A stretch of DNA of 41,041 bases from a virus (taxonomy: Duplodnaviria > Caudoviricetes), in IMG/VR virus record IMGVR_UViG_3300034128_000004, positions 1 through 41,041 of that record; one strand, 5' to 3'. Under the pieces are notes generated by a model. It saw only the letters and a list, made by a program, of their open reading frames with translations. It did not search any database and was not told the DNA's origin. Below, piece after piece: positions 9,239 through 18,676 of the stretch; position 1 is the stretch's first letter; the number at the start of each line of letters is the position of its first letter. A program made the translations under genes and the position numbers.

Positions 9239-9472
9239 ATGAACACCGTTATTTTCGTCAACCCGATCACCGGAAAGATTGAACAAATGCCCGTGGCAAT
9301 GGTAGCGGCTTACGTGCCCTACTCGGAAGAGTTGCACCTTGAAGATGCGGCGAAGGTTGCCGCGGTCCGTGACGATGAAGCGGCTACCAATCTGTTACTC
9401 AGTATTGTTGTCGATGACCATGATACTGAGTACCGGCGGGTAATTACTCCTCCCGAATTCGTACCCGCGTAA
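9239..9472 (+). CDS. Hypothetical protein
   Basis: 77-aa ORF in operon. Confidence 0.5.
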   Translation: MNTVIFVNPITGKIEQMPVAMVAAYVPYSEELHLEDAAKVAAVRDDEAATNLLLSIVVDDHDTEYRRVITPPEFVPA

Positions 9473-9486
9473 ATCCCTTTCTCACG

Positions 9487-9513
9487 GTGGGTTGGTTCGG
9501 AAGCCAACCCACC
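9487..9513. other. Intergenic GC-rich hairpin
   Basis: GGTGGGTTGG...CCAACCCACC. Confidence 0.5.
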
Positions 9514-9539
9514 AAAGCACTTATTCAAAGGCTTATGCC

Positions 9540-9749
9540 ATGCCAACCACACACAACCATAAAAACTTATGGACCCAACAAAGAACATTGATACGAATTG
9601 CACCAGCGAAGGAAACCGTTAGTTGCTGGCGATGTAGACGGGAAGTCCATCCCAACGTGATTGATACCGATTTCACTTCCAATCCGTTGCGCGTTTGTCC
9701 GATGTGTCATTCCATTATTCAGGAAACTAAACCATGTCCTCAATCGTAG
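9540..9749 (+). CDS. Small zinc-finger protein
   Basis: CWRC...CPMC. Confidence 0.5.
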   Translation: MPTTHNHKNLWTQQRTLIRIAPAKETVSCWRCRREVHPNVIDTDFTSNPLRVCPMCHSIIQETKPCPQS

Positions 9750-10504
9750 CTGTAACCATTGCCAACACCGAACCGGATTATTTCAAGAACCTGAAATTCG
9801 GCGGCGTGCCAAAAATGATAGATCACGATCCCAAGGCGTTTGACGTTCTGGCGTTGACCGATGACGGATGCACTCTTGTATTCGAGCGCAAGACCGCAGG
9901 GGATTTTCTCAACACGTTGAAAGAAGAGAGACTCTTCCCGCAGTTGGCGAGAATGACCGAACATCGAAACGCACAGCACGCAAACGGCGAACCGCTGACA
10001 CATTGGGCATATCTGATTATCACAGGTCAATTCCTCCCTGGACCTGATGGCAAAGTTTCTGCCGATGGACGGGAAACCGGATGGTCATTTGCCAGTGTGC
10101 AAGGAACGATACTCAGTATCGAGGAAATGGGCGTATTCATTGTTTGGTGCAACGGAGATACCGACTTCGAAGATTGCATCTTGCGAATCGGCAAACGGGA
10201 CAGGAACCCACAGACGAAGATCACGGCACCACGACCAGCGCGCAACTTAGGACCGAAGATAGATTTTCTCACCGGCATTCCTGGCGTGGGCGTGGAGAAC
10301 GCACAAACCATTTTAGAAAAGTCTGGTGACAATCTCGCTCACGCTCTTGTTGGTCTTACTGGTACGGAGATTAAGTCGCCAATTGGATTATCACTTCGCA
10401 GACGGTTTAGAAGCCTTCTCGGATTGCAAGACTGTGAAAGTCTGGAAATTGTTGGAACGCAAATTGAAGAACAAATTATGCAAGGAGAAAAAACACATGC
10501 CTAA
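9734..10504 (+). CDS. ERCC4/XPF-family nuclease with helix-hairpin-helix
   Basis: FERKTAGDF (ERKxxxD) motif; LTGIPGVGVENA HhH. Confidence 0.8.
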   Translation: MSSIVAVTIANTEPDYFKNLKFGGVPKMIDHDPKAFDVLALTDDGCTLVFERKTAGDFLNTLKEERLFPQLARMTEHRNAQHANGEPLTHWAYLIITGQFLPGPDGKVSADGRETGWSFASVQGTILSIEEMGVFIVWCNGDTDFEDCILRIGKRDRNPQTKITAPRPARNLGPKIDFLTGIPGVGVENAQTILEKSGDNLAHALVGLTGTEIKSPIGLSLRRRFRSLLGLQDCESLEIVGTQIEEQIMQGEKTHA

Positions 10505-10799
10505 ACATACGCCGGGACCGTGGAGTATTGGAAAACATAGCAGTGTTATTGTCGCTAATGATGAATTCAATGATGACCCTGACGGAGTTGTTCAGTATTA
10601 CGGTGGCGATGTAATTTGTGAATCAATGTGCAAAGAAGATGCTCACCTTATCGCCGCGGCTCCTGAGTTGTTGGAAGTGTGCGAGGGAATAATCATGTTC
10701 CCCGATGTCAAGTATTGCCTGATGGAAAAATTCCCCGGACTTGTTACCCAAATCGAAACCGCAATTGCCAAAGCAAAAGGAGAAACCAATGGCAACTAA
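10497..10799 (+). CDS. Conserved phage hypothetical protein
   Basis: KHTPGPW...LIAAAPELLE...AIAKAKG signature; AGGAG RBS. Confidence 0.75.
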   Translation: MPKHTPGPWSIGKHSSVIVANDEFNDDPDGVVQYYGGDVICESMCKEDAHLIAAAPELLEVCEGIIMFPDVKYCLMEKFPGLVTQIETAIAKAKGETNGN

Positions 10800-11547
10800 A
10801 AAAGAAATCACCAAACACGAAGAAACCGCAATTGTGCCAACCGCCGCGACACGCGAACTCACCCCAGGCATTTGGGCAATGATCGAACGTATGGCACCCG
10901 TCATGTACAAAGCACATTTGTTCGGCGTGACAACACCAGAACAGGCAGCCGCGATCATGCTGAAAGGTTATGAATGCGGGTTTTCGATTACTGCCAGTTT
11001 TGAATTTGTTCAAGTGATTGATGGAAAACCAACAGTCAAACCTATGGGACAAATGGCGCTTTTGCACAGTAACCCACTGGTGAAAGAAATCAAAATCACC
11101 CGCTTGGAAGATAAGGGGAAGTTTATTGGGTACGAATGTTTCATGGAACGCATTAATGGTTTTTCAAGTACGGCCCAATTCACCCTCGAAGATGCAACTC
11201 GCGCGGGGCTGATGAAACCCCAATCCGGTTGGATGAAATATCCGGAAAATATGTGCAAGTGGCGCGCCATTGGATTTGCTGCTGACATTGTGTTTCCTGA
11301 TGTGACCGCGGGAATGACAACCTTAATGAAAATGCCGGAAGCCTTTGGAATGGCCTTGACCGAGGGCGGCGACGTGATTGAGGCAACCGCAACGAGCGTG
11401 AACGTGGACCCGCTGCAGGAGCTGGTTACTCAGTATGGTGCTGAGGCGGTCATGCAGGCAAACAACGGTGCAATTCCTATGATGCTCACAGAGGTTGAAG
11501 AGGTACGGCGTAAGTTGGAAGCAAGCAAAGAGAATGTAAACGGGTAA
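10789..11547 (+). CDS. RecT/Redbeta-like single-strand annealing protein
   Basis: VIDGKP, FTLEDATRAGL, WMKYPENMCKWRA, FPDV motifs. Confidence 0.7.
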   Translation: MATKKEITKHEETAIVPTAATRELTPGIWAMIERMAPVMYKAHLFGVTTPEQAAAIMLKGYECGFSITASFEFVQVIDGKPTVKPMGQMALLHSNPLVKEIKITRLEDKGKFIGYECFMERINGFSSTAQFTLEDATRAGLMKPQSGWMKYPENMCKWRAIGFAADIVFPDVTAGMTTLMKMPEAFGMALTEGGDVIEATATSVNVDPLQELVTQYGAEAVMQANNGAIPMMLTEVEEVRRKLEASKENVNG

Positions 11548-11900
11548 GCACCCGGTACAGAGTGCATTGGTGCGTTGTGACATTTAGTCAACGTAAACAG
11601 TCCAAAGGCCAATGCACGATGCCAGAGCGTAACAGGCGTGATGTAACGTTGATGGATTGCAAGCTGTAAAAAAGTGGAAACATTTCCCCAGTCGTGAACG
11701 TGACGTGAAGAAACTGGGTTGCAATTTGCAGACAATAGCTTCAACAATGGGTGCAATTCCCTACCTGGCATTTCCACCGATCATGCGCCGCAGGTGAAAG
11801 GTGAGATTAAGCTGAAAGAGTAAATCTATTGTGGACAGCAATAGTGACTCACAAGTGGCAATGGTACTGTGGCAAGCAATTATTCAAAAGGATTTATTCA

Positions 11901-12113
11901 ATGGAAAAGCAAATCAGACTACGAAGAAAAATAGAACACGAAGAAACCGAAGTTACAGACAACAATGAATCCCCAATCGCCTGTGTGGATTGTTGCAAAC
12001 GCTACCCGCTGATACCAGGATCATCCAATTGCAGGTGCTCATGGTGCAATGGCAAATACATGGCGAGTTTGGGAGGTTTTACCTCACAGTTAGCCCAAAT
12101 GCGGGCCAACTAG
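11901..12113 (+). CDS. Small Cys-rich protein
   Basis: CVDC...CSWC. Confidence 0.45.
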   Translation: MEKQIRLRRKIEHEETEVTDNNESPIACVDCCKRYPLIPGSSNCRCSWCNGKYMASLGGFTSQLAQMRAN

Positions 12114-12246
12114 AAATTTCAGCCCTAGAATGCCATTTCCTGACTTGTAATAGCCCGTTACAACCATGCAAATAATAAGACATCAATACATACAGGCATA
12201 AAGCAAAATCGTTCCTAGGGCTTCCTAGGGGCAAATAAGGCAAATC

Positions 12247-12561
12247 ATGAATAAAGCGCAAAAACTGGCAAGACAACTGCAACTGAAAGCTCAATCCCGT
12301 GGTTGGCGTGAGATTGCCGAACAGGATTATGACGGGAAAATCCATTTTTCTGTTTTGAACAAGATTGCAAAATCCGATGGTGCTTATGTACCCGCCGATC
12401 ATGCTACTCAGTATCTACTCGGACTGTACAAGCCGAGACCGATCACGCCCAAGACCATTATCAATGATGACCGCGGGCAATCATGGACGTTGTACATGAG
12501 AAGTCTTATCAGGTCCATTCGGACGGAAACGCCGAAAGAACTATCACGGAGGAAATCATGA
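12247..12561 (+). CDS. Hypothetical protein, possibly HTH
   Basis: GWREIAEQ...IHFSVLNKIAK pattern. Confidence 0.5.
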   Translation: MNKAQKLARQLQLKAQSRGWREIAEQDYDGKIHFSVLNKIAKSDGAYVPADHATQYLLGLYKPRPITPKTIINDDRGQSWTLYMRSLIRSIRTETPKELSRRKS

Positions 12562-12845
12562 GCACATACCAAAGAGCAGTAAGACAGCTTGAAAAAGCAT
12601 TAAGTGGGTTGAACGAACAGCAACAGCATGAATACTTTGCATCTGGGCGGGTTTTTGTTGGTCACGTTGATTTGGCAGAGGAGCGCCCAGACGGAACAAG
12701 ATTTATCAAGCGTTGGTTTGTTGCGAAAATACGCGGTGTCATTGTTGGCAATCCCGGCGAATGGAAACATGAAACTTATCAAGGTGCTTTGGATTACGGG
12801 CACGACATCTTGAAACAGTGGAAAGATGAGCTGAGGAAGTCATGA
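12558..12845 (+). CDS. Hypothetical protein
   Basis: GGAGG RBS; ATGA-coupled. Confidence 0.6.
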   Translation: MSTYQRAVRQLEKALSGLNEQQQHEYFASGRVFVGHVDLAEERPDGTRFIKRWFVAKIRGVIVGNPGEWKHETYQGALDYGHDILKQWKDELRKS

Positions 12846-13663
12846 CCAAATGCACGTTATCTCCCGATGGCGGCGGCATTGCGATAAAGACGCCGTATGA
12901 TCCCGGCTTTGTTGCGGACCTGAAGAACGCAATCCCAAACACGGATAGACGATACGAGCCGAAAACAAAACGATGGATTGTCACGCCGGCGCATGGCGCA
13001 ACACTGCAAAATCTCTGCAATAAGTATTTTGGTGAATTGCCACTACTGCCGCAAATTGCAAATGTCAAGCCAGTTATCAAACAAAAGATTCTTGATGTTC
13101 TTTACATCGGTGCAACGAAAGACCGCGGGACTGATGAACGTTCAGCCTATGGATGGTATCAAGATGGTTGGAATGTGATTTTCACAGAAACCGTTTTGCG
13201 TGCGTGGTTTGATGCTCCCGCGTACCCGGATGAAAAACAGACTCTTTACTCAGTATTGGCGGTTGCACGGAATGCGACTACAGACGAAATCAAAGCTGGT
13301 TACAAACGCATGGCTCTCCAATGGCATAGTGACGTTTGTAAAGAGCCTAACGCCCATGAGCAAATGTTAGCAATCAATCATGCTTACGACATACTGAGTA
13401 AAAATCGGGAACGCTATGACGCAGGCTTGGCACTTGAAGCCAGTTTGAAAAACAACACGCCAAAGAGTTTTGATGCCTCACGTTTCACGGGCTATCGATC
13501 ACCGCTGAGATGCGGGTTGATCATGTGCGAAGGTATCGAATCGCTGGGTAAGTTTCAGGTTTCTAAAATCTTCGCATGGCAGGACATCACCGACGCCCAC
13601 GGGCGGGTGCTGGTTGTCAGTTGGAAAGCTGGCGCGGATCACTTTGAAGAAATTTGGGCATAG
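12842..13663 (+). CDS. J-domain protein (HSD variant) with N-terminal HARP-like segment
   Basis: LYSVLAVARNATTDEIKAGYKRMALQWHSDV...INHAYDILS; N-terminal TPYDPGFVADLK...RRYEPKTKRWIV. Confidence 0.75.
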   Translation: MTKCTLSPDGGGIAIKTPYDPGFVADLKNAIPNTDRRYEPKTKRWIVTPAHGATLQNLCNKYFGELPLLPQIANVKPVIKQKILDVLYIGATKDRGTDERSAYGWYQDGWNVIFTETVLRAWFDAPAYPDEKQTLYSVLAVARNATTDEIKAGYKRMALQWHSDVCKEPNAHEQMLAINHAYDILSKNRERYDAGLALEASLKNNTPKSFDASRFTGYRSPLRCGLIMCEGIESLGKFQVSKIFAWQDITDAHGRVLVVSWKAGADHFEEIWA

Positions 13664-13674
13664 GAGAATCTACG

Positions 13675-14316
13675 ATGAACGAAAATAAAGATATTACAAA
13701 TTATCCATTGTCATGGCCGGTCAACCAAGAACGAACAAAACCGAACGAACGAGAGCGCGCAAGATTCGGCACGCGCGGCGGTGTCAATTATGGCGGTAAC
13801 TATGTCTCAGGACGCAAGCACACTATCTCAGAAAGTGCGCGAGAACTGGAATTAGAAATCCGTCGCATGAGTGGGCACGATATGGTTATTTCATCAAACC
13901 TAAAAGTAAAAGCAAACGGATTGCCATATTCCAATCAACGCACTCCCGATGATCCGGGCGTTGCGGTTTATTTCAATTGGCACAAACGGGATTTAGTTTT
14001 TGCTTGTGACAAGTGGTTATCTATCGAAGATAACCTGTGGGCAATCGTCAAGCACATTGAAGCCTTGCGCGGTCAAGAGCGTTGGGGCGTGGGAAGTTTA
14101 GACCAAGCGTTTGCAGGGTATGCAGCATTGCCCGACCCCGATCAAAAACAATGGTGGGAAGTGTTGCACGTTGCACCTACCGCGAATAATGGTGAGATAC
14201 GCAATGCTTATTTACATCTTGTCAAGCAGTACCATCCCGATCATGGCGGTGATGCTGTAATGTTTGACCAAGTGCAGAAGGCTTATGACTCGGCAACAGG
14301 AAAGGCGCAATCATGA
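13675..14316 (+). CDS. Phage DnaJ-domain protein
   Basis: C-terminal WWEVLHV...EIRNAY...YHPDHGGD; AGGAG RBS. Confidence 0.85.
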   Translation: MNENKDITNYPLSWPVNQERTKPNERERARFGTRGGVNYGGNYVSGRKHTISESARELELEIRRMSGHDMVISSNLKVKANGLPYSNQRTPDDPGVAVYFNWHKRDLVFACDKWLSIEDNLWAIVKHIEALRGQERWGVGSLDQAFAGYAALPDPDQKQWWEVLHVAPTANNGEIRNAYLHLVKQYHPDHGGDAVMFDQVQKAYDSATGKAQS

Positions 14317-14873
14317 ACACTAATGCACTTGTCAAAGGCTCACTCTCTGCCGTTGCACAACAGAACAATCAAAGCATTGCTGAAACGTTTATCAATGCGG
14401 ATTGCATAATCATCACCGATACCTCAGGATCAATGGCGGCGGAGGATGCACGCGGCGGGAAGTCTCGCTATGATATCGCGTGTGAGGAGTTGAAGAACTT
14501 ACAAGCATCACTGCCGGGGAAGTTGGCGTTGCTCAGTTTCTCCGATGACGTGATTTTTTGCCCGTCCGGTGTGCCGTTCAATTATGGATGCGGCACGGAT
14601 CTGGCGCGCGCTTTGAAGTTTGCCAAGGTTGCCGACGTGACAGGGATTCGGTTTATCGTGATTAGTGACGGTCAACCGGACAACGAGGAAGAATGTCTCA
14701 AAGTTGCCAAGACGTTCAGGGCGCGGATAGATTGTATCTATGTGGGACCTGAAGGCGGTTCAGGTCAATCATTTCTCAATCGACTTGCCAAAGCCTCAGG
14801 CGGCCAAGGCGTAACCGCGGCGAAGGTCGCACAGCTCGCAGATAACGTGCAAAGGTTACTGCTGACATCATGA
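14313..14873 (+). CDS. von Willebrand factor A domain protein
   Basis: MIDAS DTSGS, GTDL, ISDGQPD. Confidence 0.85.
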   Translation: MNTNALVKGSLSAVAQQNNQSIAETFINADCIIITDTSGSMAAEDARGGKSRYDIACEELKNLQASLPGKLALLSFSDDVIFCPSGVPFNYGCGTDLARALKFAKVADVTGIRFIVISDGQPDNEEECLKVAKTFRARIDCIYVGPEGGSGQSFLNRLAKASGGQGVTAAKVAQLADNVQRLLLTS

Positions 14874-15091
14874 GCATCCTTGACAAATTCTTAGAACACC
14901 ACGCGCGGACTTGTACCTACTGGATTTTCTCAGGTGACAGGCATTGTTCCTGTGGGCGCGATAAGGCGTTGAAAGAACTAGAGGATTTGCGCGCGCAAAA
15001 AGCCAAGACTGATACTCAGTATAGGCTCTCCACTGGGAAGAAAGCATCAAGCGACCTTTCCGACCTTCCCATGTTCACGGAGATGCAATAA
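14870..15091 (+). CDS. Hypothetical protein
   Basis: 73 aa, coupled at both ends; HxxxC...CSC. Confidence 0.55.
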   Translation: MSILDKFLEHHARTCTYWIFSGDRHCSCGRDKALKELEDLRAQKAKTDTQYRLSTGKKASSDLSDLPMFTEMQ

Positions 15092-16389
15092 TGCCTCCAT
15101 CAAAGAAAACTCCGAAGAAATGGATCCCCGACGATGCGCAGCTCGCAGACCGTTGGATTGCTTACCATCGTCAAACTGCCTGGGGCATGGGCGAATGGCG
15201 GCGATACGAGAATGGCGTTTGGAACATAGTTAACAAAGACATTATCAAACAGGAAGTTACAAACATTCTTGAAAAGGCACAGTCTGAGAGTGTCAGAGTT
15301 ACCAACGGATTGATAAACAGCACAATGGAAATTGCCCGTACAAAGGTTTCTATCTCAAATGATAAATGGGATGCGGACCCTAACTATCTTCCATGTAAAA
15401 ACGGTGTGTACCACATACCGAGTAAAAAGCTCCTGCCTCACTTGCCCGATATTTACGCTACATCACAACTTGAATTTGATTACGATCCCGCTGCAACATG
15501 CCCCGCTTTCATGCAGGCGCTGCAACGGATTCCAGATGTGATTGATTTTCTGCAAGAGTTTTCCGGTTATGCACTTACTACCGATACCAAGCATGAGATA
15601 GCAATTTGGTTTCATGGGCCAATAGGCTCAGGCAAATCCACGATCATCGAAGGCTTACAGGTGATGGTAGGAAAGAAGCGTCACGGTATTTTGGGACTTG
15701 CACAGGTTGAACGCAGCCGCTTTGCCCTTGCCAATTTACCAGGAAAAACACTTGTCACCAGCTTTGAGCAACCAGATACCTTTATTGCAGCTTCGCACAT
15801 TCTGAACTCTATTATTTCGGGTGAGTCAATTCCTGTTGAGCAAAAATTCAAAGATGAAATTCTTATCACCCCACGGGCAAAGATCCTATGGGCAATGAAC
15901 GAACTCCCCAGAGTGAATAACGTCAACAATGGAATCATGCGGCGGGTAAAGGTTATTGAATTTCCGCCGCTATTGGAAGTTGATAAGAATGTTGATTTGA
16001 AAGAATGTGTCAAAACCGAAGGCGCAGGAATTCTTAATTGGTCCTTGATTGGTCTTGAAAGACTGATGTTGCGCGGACGTTTTGACCCTCCACAATCCGT
16101 GATAGATGCAACGAAAAACTACCAGGATAAAAACGACATTCCAAAACTATTCCTTGAAGATGTTGGAGCGTTGATTGATCCGCTTGACCCTCATTGCCGA
16201 ACTAGAGCACAGGACTTATATGATGGTTACAGCGATTGGTGCAAACGAACGAATCACAAACCAATGTCAAGTACTCGCCTTGCTGAAGAATGGAAGCGCC
16301 TAGGCTTCGAACGCATAACAATAAATGGTGTCAGATATTGGGTTGGAGTTGAATACTCACCCTTTACGGTGGCTTCCAATGTACCCTAG
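15091..16389 (+). CDS. D5-like / P4-family SF3 helicase
   Basis: D5_N-like LPCKNGVY; Walker A GPIGSGKST; MNELP, GIMRRVKVIEF. Confidence 0.88.
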   Translation: MPPSKKTPKKWIPDDAQLADRWIAYHRQTAWGMGEWRRYENGVWNIVNKDIIKQEVTNILEKAQSESVRVTNGLINSTMEIARTKVSISNDKWDADPNYLPCKNGVYHIPSKKLLPHLPDIYATSQLEFDYDPAATCPAFMQALQRIPDVIDFLQEFSGYALTTDTKHEIAIWFHGPIGSGKSTIIEGLQVMVGKKRHGILGLAQVERSRFALANLPGKTLVTSFEQPDTFIAASHILNSIISGESIPVEQKFKDEILITPRAKILWAMNELPRVNNVNNGIMRRVKVIEFPPLLEVDKNVDLKECVKTEGAGILNWSLIGLERLMLRGRFDPPQSVIDATKNYQDKNDIPKLFLEDVGALIDPLDPHCRTRAQDLYDGYSDWCKRTNHKPMSSTRLAEEWKRLGFERITINGVRYWVGVEYSPFTVASNVP

Positions 16390-16407
16390 CATTCGTATAA
16401 GCAATCA

Positions 16408-16513
16408 ATTAAGTAGAGGGTGTAGATACTTGGCCCTATTAAGCACGCGTAGCGCGAGGAAATGTATTTCTATATACCTTAAATGGGTAAAGCCTCTACA
16501 CCCTCTACTTAAT
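16408..16513. repeat. 19-bp perfect inverted repeat, candidate replication origin
   Basis: ATTAAGTAGAGGGTGTAGA 16408-16426 / TCTACACCCTCTACTTAAT 16495-16513. Confidence 0.7.
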
Positions 16514-16536
16514 GTTTCGCATAGGGAACTAATAAT

Positions 16537-17451
16537 ATGACAACTATACATGATTTAGCACAAGTGTTCTTGAACATGGGAATAGGCGTGATACCGCTTT
16601 ATCACCGATCAAAGATGCCAATGGTTCCATCATGGCATGAGTACAACCATCGATTGCCCATTGATACTGAGTATCAGTCTTGGTTTGCCACTGACTGGAA
16701 CAATTATGCTGTCATTTGCGGATGGACTAATCTTGTCGTGATTGACTTTGACAATATTGAATACTTCAACATCTGGTGCCTGTACCATGAGTTGAATTCT
16801 ACTCAGTATGTCGCTTCAGGTTTCAAGGTCCGGACCCGGCACGGGATGCACGTGTATCTTCGCACAGTGGCACCGGCGGCCAATGATAAGAGAATCAGCC
16901 GGTCAGGTGGTATCGACGTGCAAGCTCAGTCTAAATACGTTGTCGGTCCTGGGTGCGTGCATCCGAGTGGTCATGTGTATGGACCGATTGGTGAGATGGT
17001 GTTTCCAGTGGTGCGCGATATCGAATCGGTCCTACCGCTGGACCTGTTTCCAAGAGTTGCCGCAGAGCCTGTGGAGTTTGTTGGGACAGCTCCAGAGTTT
17101 GCAAGTTGCGATACTGAGTATCAGTATGATCCCTTCCAGGCCGCCATGTTTGCCACTGGTGAGGATTTGATCACAACTATCAAACGGCGGGTGAGGATTG
17201 AAAGCCTGTTCACTGGTGTGCAACGGTCCTCTGCCGATGGACGATATCTCAAAGCTTGGTGCCCGTTTCACAACGATAAACGCTCAGGAGGAACCATGTC
17301 ATTCTGGATTGACACGGCGCGGCAATTGTGCGGTTGCCAACGGTGTGGAATGAAGCCGATGGACGCGATAAATCTATATGCTCGAATGCATAACGTTTCT
17401 GATAGTGCTGCTGTCCGTGCGATGGCTGAAGAGATTGGAGTGTGGAGATGA
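16537..17451 (+). CDS. Bifunctional primase-polymerase with C-terminal CHC2 zinc finger
   Basis: LVVIDFD, RTRHGMHVYL, YVVGPGCVHPSGHVY; CPFH...CQRC. Confidence 0.85.
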   Translation: MTTIHDLAQVFLNMGIGVIPLYHRSKMPMVPSWHEYNHRLPIDTEYQSWFATDWNNYAVICGWTNLVVIDFDNIEYFNIWCLYHELNSTQYVASGFKVRTRHGMHVYLRTVAPAANDKRISRSGGIDVQAQSKYVVGPGCVHPSGHVYGPIGEMVFPVVRDIESVLPLDLFPRVAAEPVEFVGTAPEFASCDTEYQYDPFQAAMFATGEDLITTIKRRVRIESLFTGVQRSSADGRYLKAWCPFHNDKRSGGTMSFWIDTARQLCGCQRCGMKPMDAINLYARMHNVSDSAAVRAMAEEIGVWR

Positions 17452-17690
17452 ATAAAGTGAGTGAATTCCAACAACAAATTATTGACCACCTCAAGACGTG
17501 CCCGAATCAGATGGATAGCACTTGGAGCATTGCACAAAAAGCGTTTCCAGAGAAATGGAAACGGCGTAGCGGGCGCGGTGCATTGATTGGGCATATTGTC
17601 CGGGCGGCGAGCAAATTGGACAGCGTAGTCATACTTCCCCCAAAGGGTGAGTATGGAGATTACACAATTTGTTTAGTGAGAGCACAATAA
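17448..17690 (+). CDS. Hypothetical protein
   Basis: ATGA-coupled ORF. Confidence 0.55.
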   Translation: MNKVSEFQQQIIDHLKTCPNQMDSTWSIAQKAFPEKWKRRSGRGALIGHIVRAASKLDSVVILPPKGEYGDYTICLVRAQ

Positions 17691-17773
17691 TGACCGGCTT
17701 CCTCGCCGTCGCTTTTATCGCTTTGGTCCTGCTGGTTATCGCAGGGTTTATGTCACAGAAAGGGAAACGATGA
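17690..17773 (+). CDS. Single-TM micropeptide (27 aa)
   Basis: MTGFLAVAFIALVLLVIAGFMSQKGKR; TAATG and ATGA overlaps on both sides. Confidence 0.55.
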   Translation: MTGFLAVAFIALVLLVIAGFMSQKGKR

Positions 17774-17979
17774 AAAGAAACGTAACTTACGGTCCCGCAA
17801 ATGGTGTTACGCGTGGTGAGCAACACCGTAGGCGGCAAGCACTTATAGCCAGTCGCAGAGTTGTTCAACCAGAAAGGAAAAATCCAATGACATGGCAGCA
17901 TGAAGTCAAATATATTTTGTTGATGTTGTTCTATGTGTTCATGTGCTCACTCGGCGCGTTGTTGATGTTTGGTGAGTGA
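17770..17979 (+). CDS. Small membrane protein
   Basis: C-terminal hydrophobic helix. Confidence 0.5.
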   Translation: MKRNVTYGPANGVTRGEQHRRRQALIASRRVVQPERKNPMTWQHEVKYILLMLFYVFMCSLGALLMFGE

Positions 17980-17980
17980 C

Positions 17981-18181
17981 ATGAGCATACTCACTCAGTA
18001 TGGCGCTCGGCTGGTGGCAAGTGAACCGAACAAACAGGGACTGTGCACATTCAAGCTCATGCGCGGCACCGAAGAACTCGCGCACACGGATGAACCGGGC
18101 ACACTGGAAGAGGCGTTGATTACGTCAAGAAAGTTTTTGGAAAAGGAGTCAAATGAAAACAAAAACAATTCACAGAACTGA
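17981..18181 (+). CDS. Hypothetical protein
   Basis: MSILTQYG..., in operon. Confidence 0.5.
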   Translation: MSILTQYGARLVASEPNKQGLCTFKLMRGTEELAHTDEPGTLEEALITSRKFLEKESNENKNNSQN

Positions 18182-18566
18182 CAGGCTGGTGAGTGGACCG
18201 ATTGACCAGCAAACGATTATCCATGTGCCAAAGAAAACCAGTGTGGAGCTGTCCACATATAGAGTGTTCATGTTCGCGGCATGTGCGCTATTCATGTTGG
18301 CTTATGCAGGCGTTGACATTGCCCACATTGCAAGTTACGCAGTGCCGATTGGATTAATTCATGTTGTCTCTTACGGCATCTACCAGCGTGAGGGCTTCAA
18401 AATCGGCGCGCTGTCCGCGTTGCTCATGATTGCCCTATCCGGGTATGTGTTCTTTCAAGCACAGGCATTGGTGCTTGCACTCGGCGCGAGTTTTCAGCGT
18501 GTCTCTGTTGCGGGTTTGATTGTGACCGGCGTGCTGTTTGTGGAGAGTCTATTGCGGAAAAAGTGA
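18153..18566 (+). CDS. Multi-pass membrane protein
   Basis: About 4 hydrophobic segments; AAGGAG RBS. Confidence 0.65.
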   Translation: MKTKTIHRTDRLVSGPIDQQTIIHVPKKTSVELSTYRVFMFAACALFMLAYAGVDIAHIASYAVPIGLIHVVSYGIYQREGFKIGALSALLMIALSGYVFFQAQALVLALGASFQRVSVAGLIVTGVLFVESLLRKK

Positions 18567-18676
18567 ATCGGGTTGGCCGTGGCAAGTCGAAAGCTCACCA
18601 CGGCCAACGTGCACCCTTGCATGGTGGAGTTGCATCTACCAGGCGCGGGCAGGTTAATTATATAAGGAGTTGCAAA

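Noticed and set aside
11619-11776. tmRNA or tRNA call
   Set aside because: T-stem has only 3 bp, and there is no convincing tag ORF or cloverleaf; kept only as an ncRNA candidate
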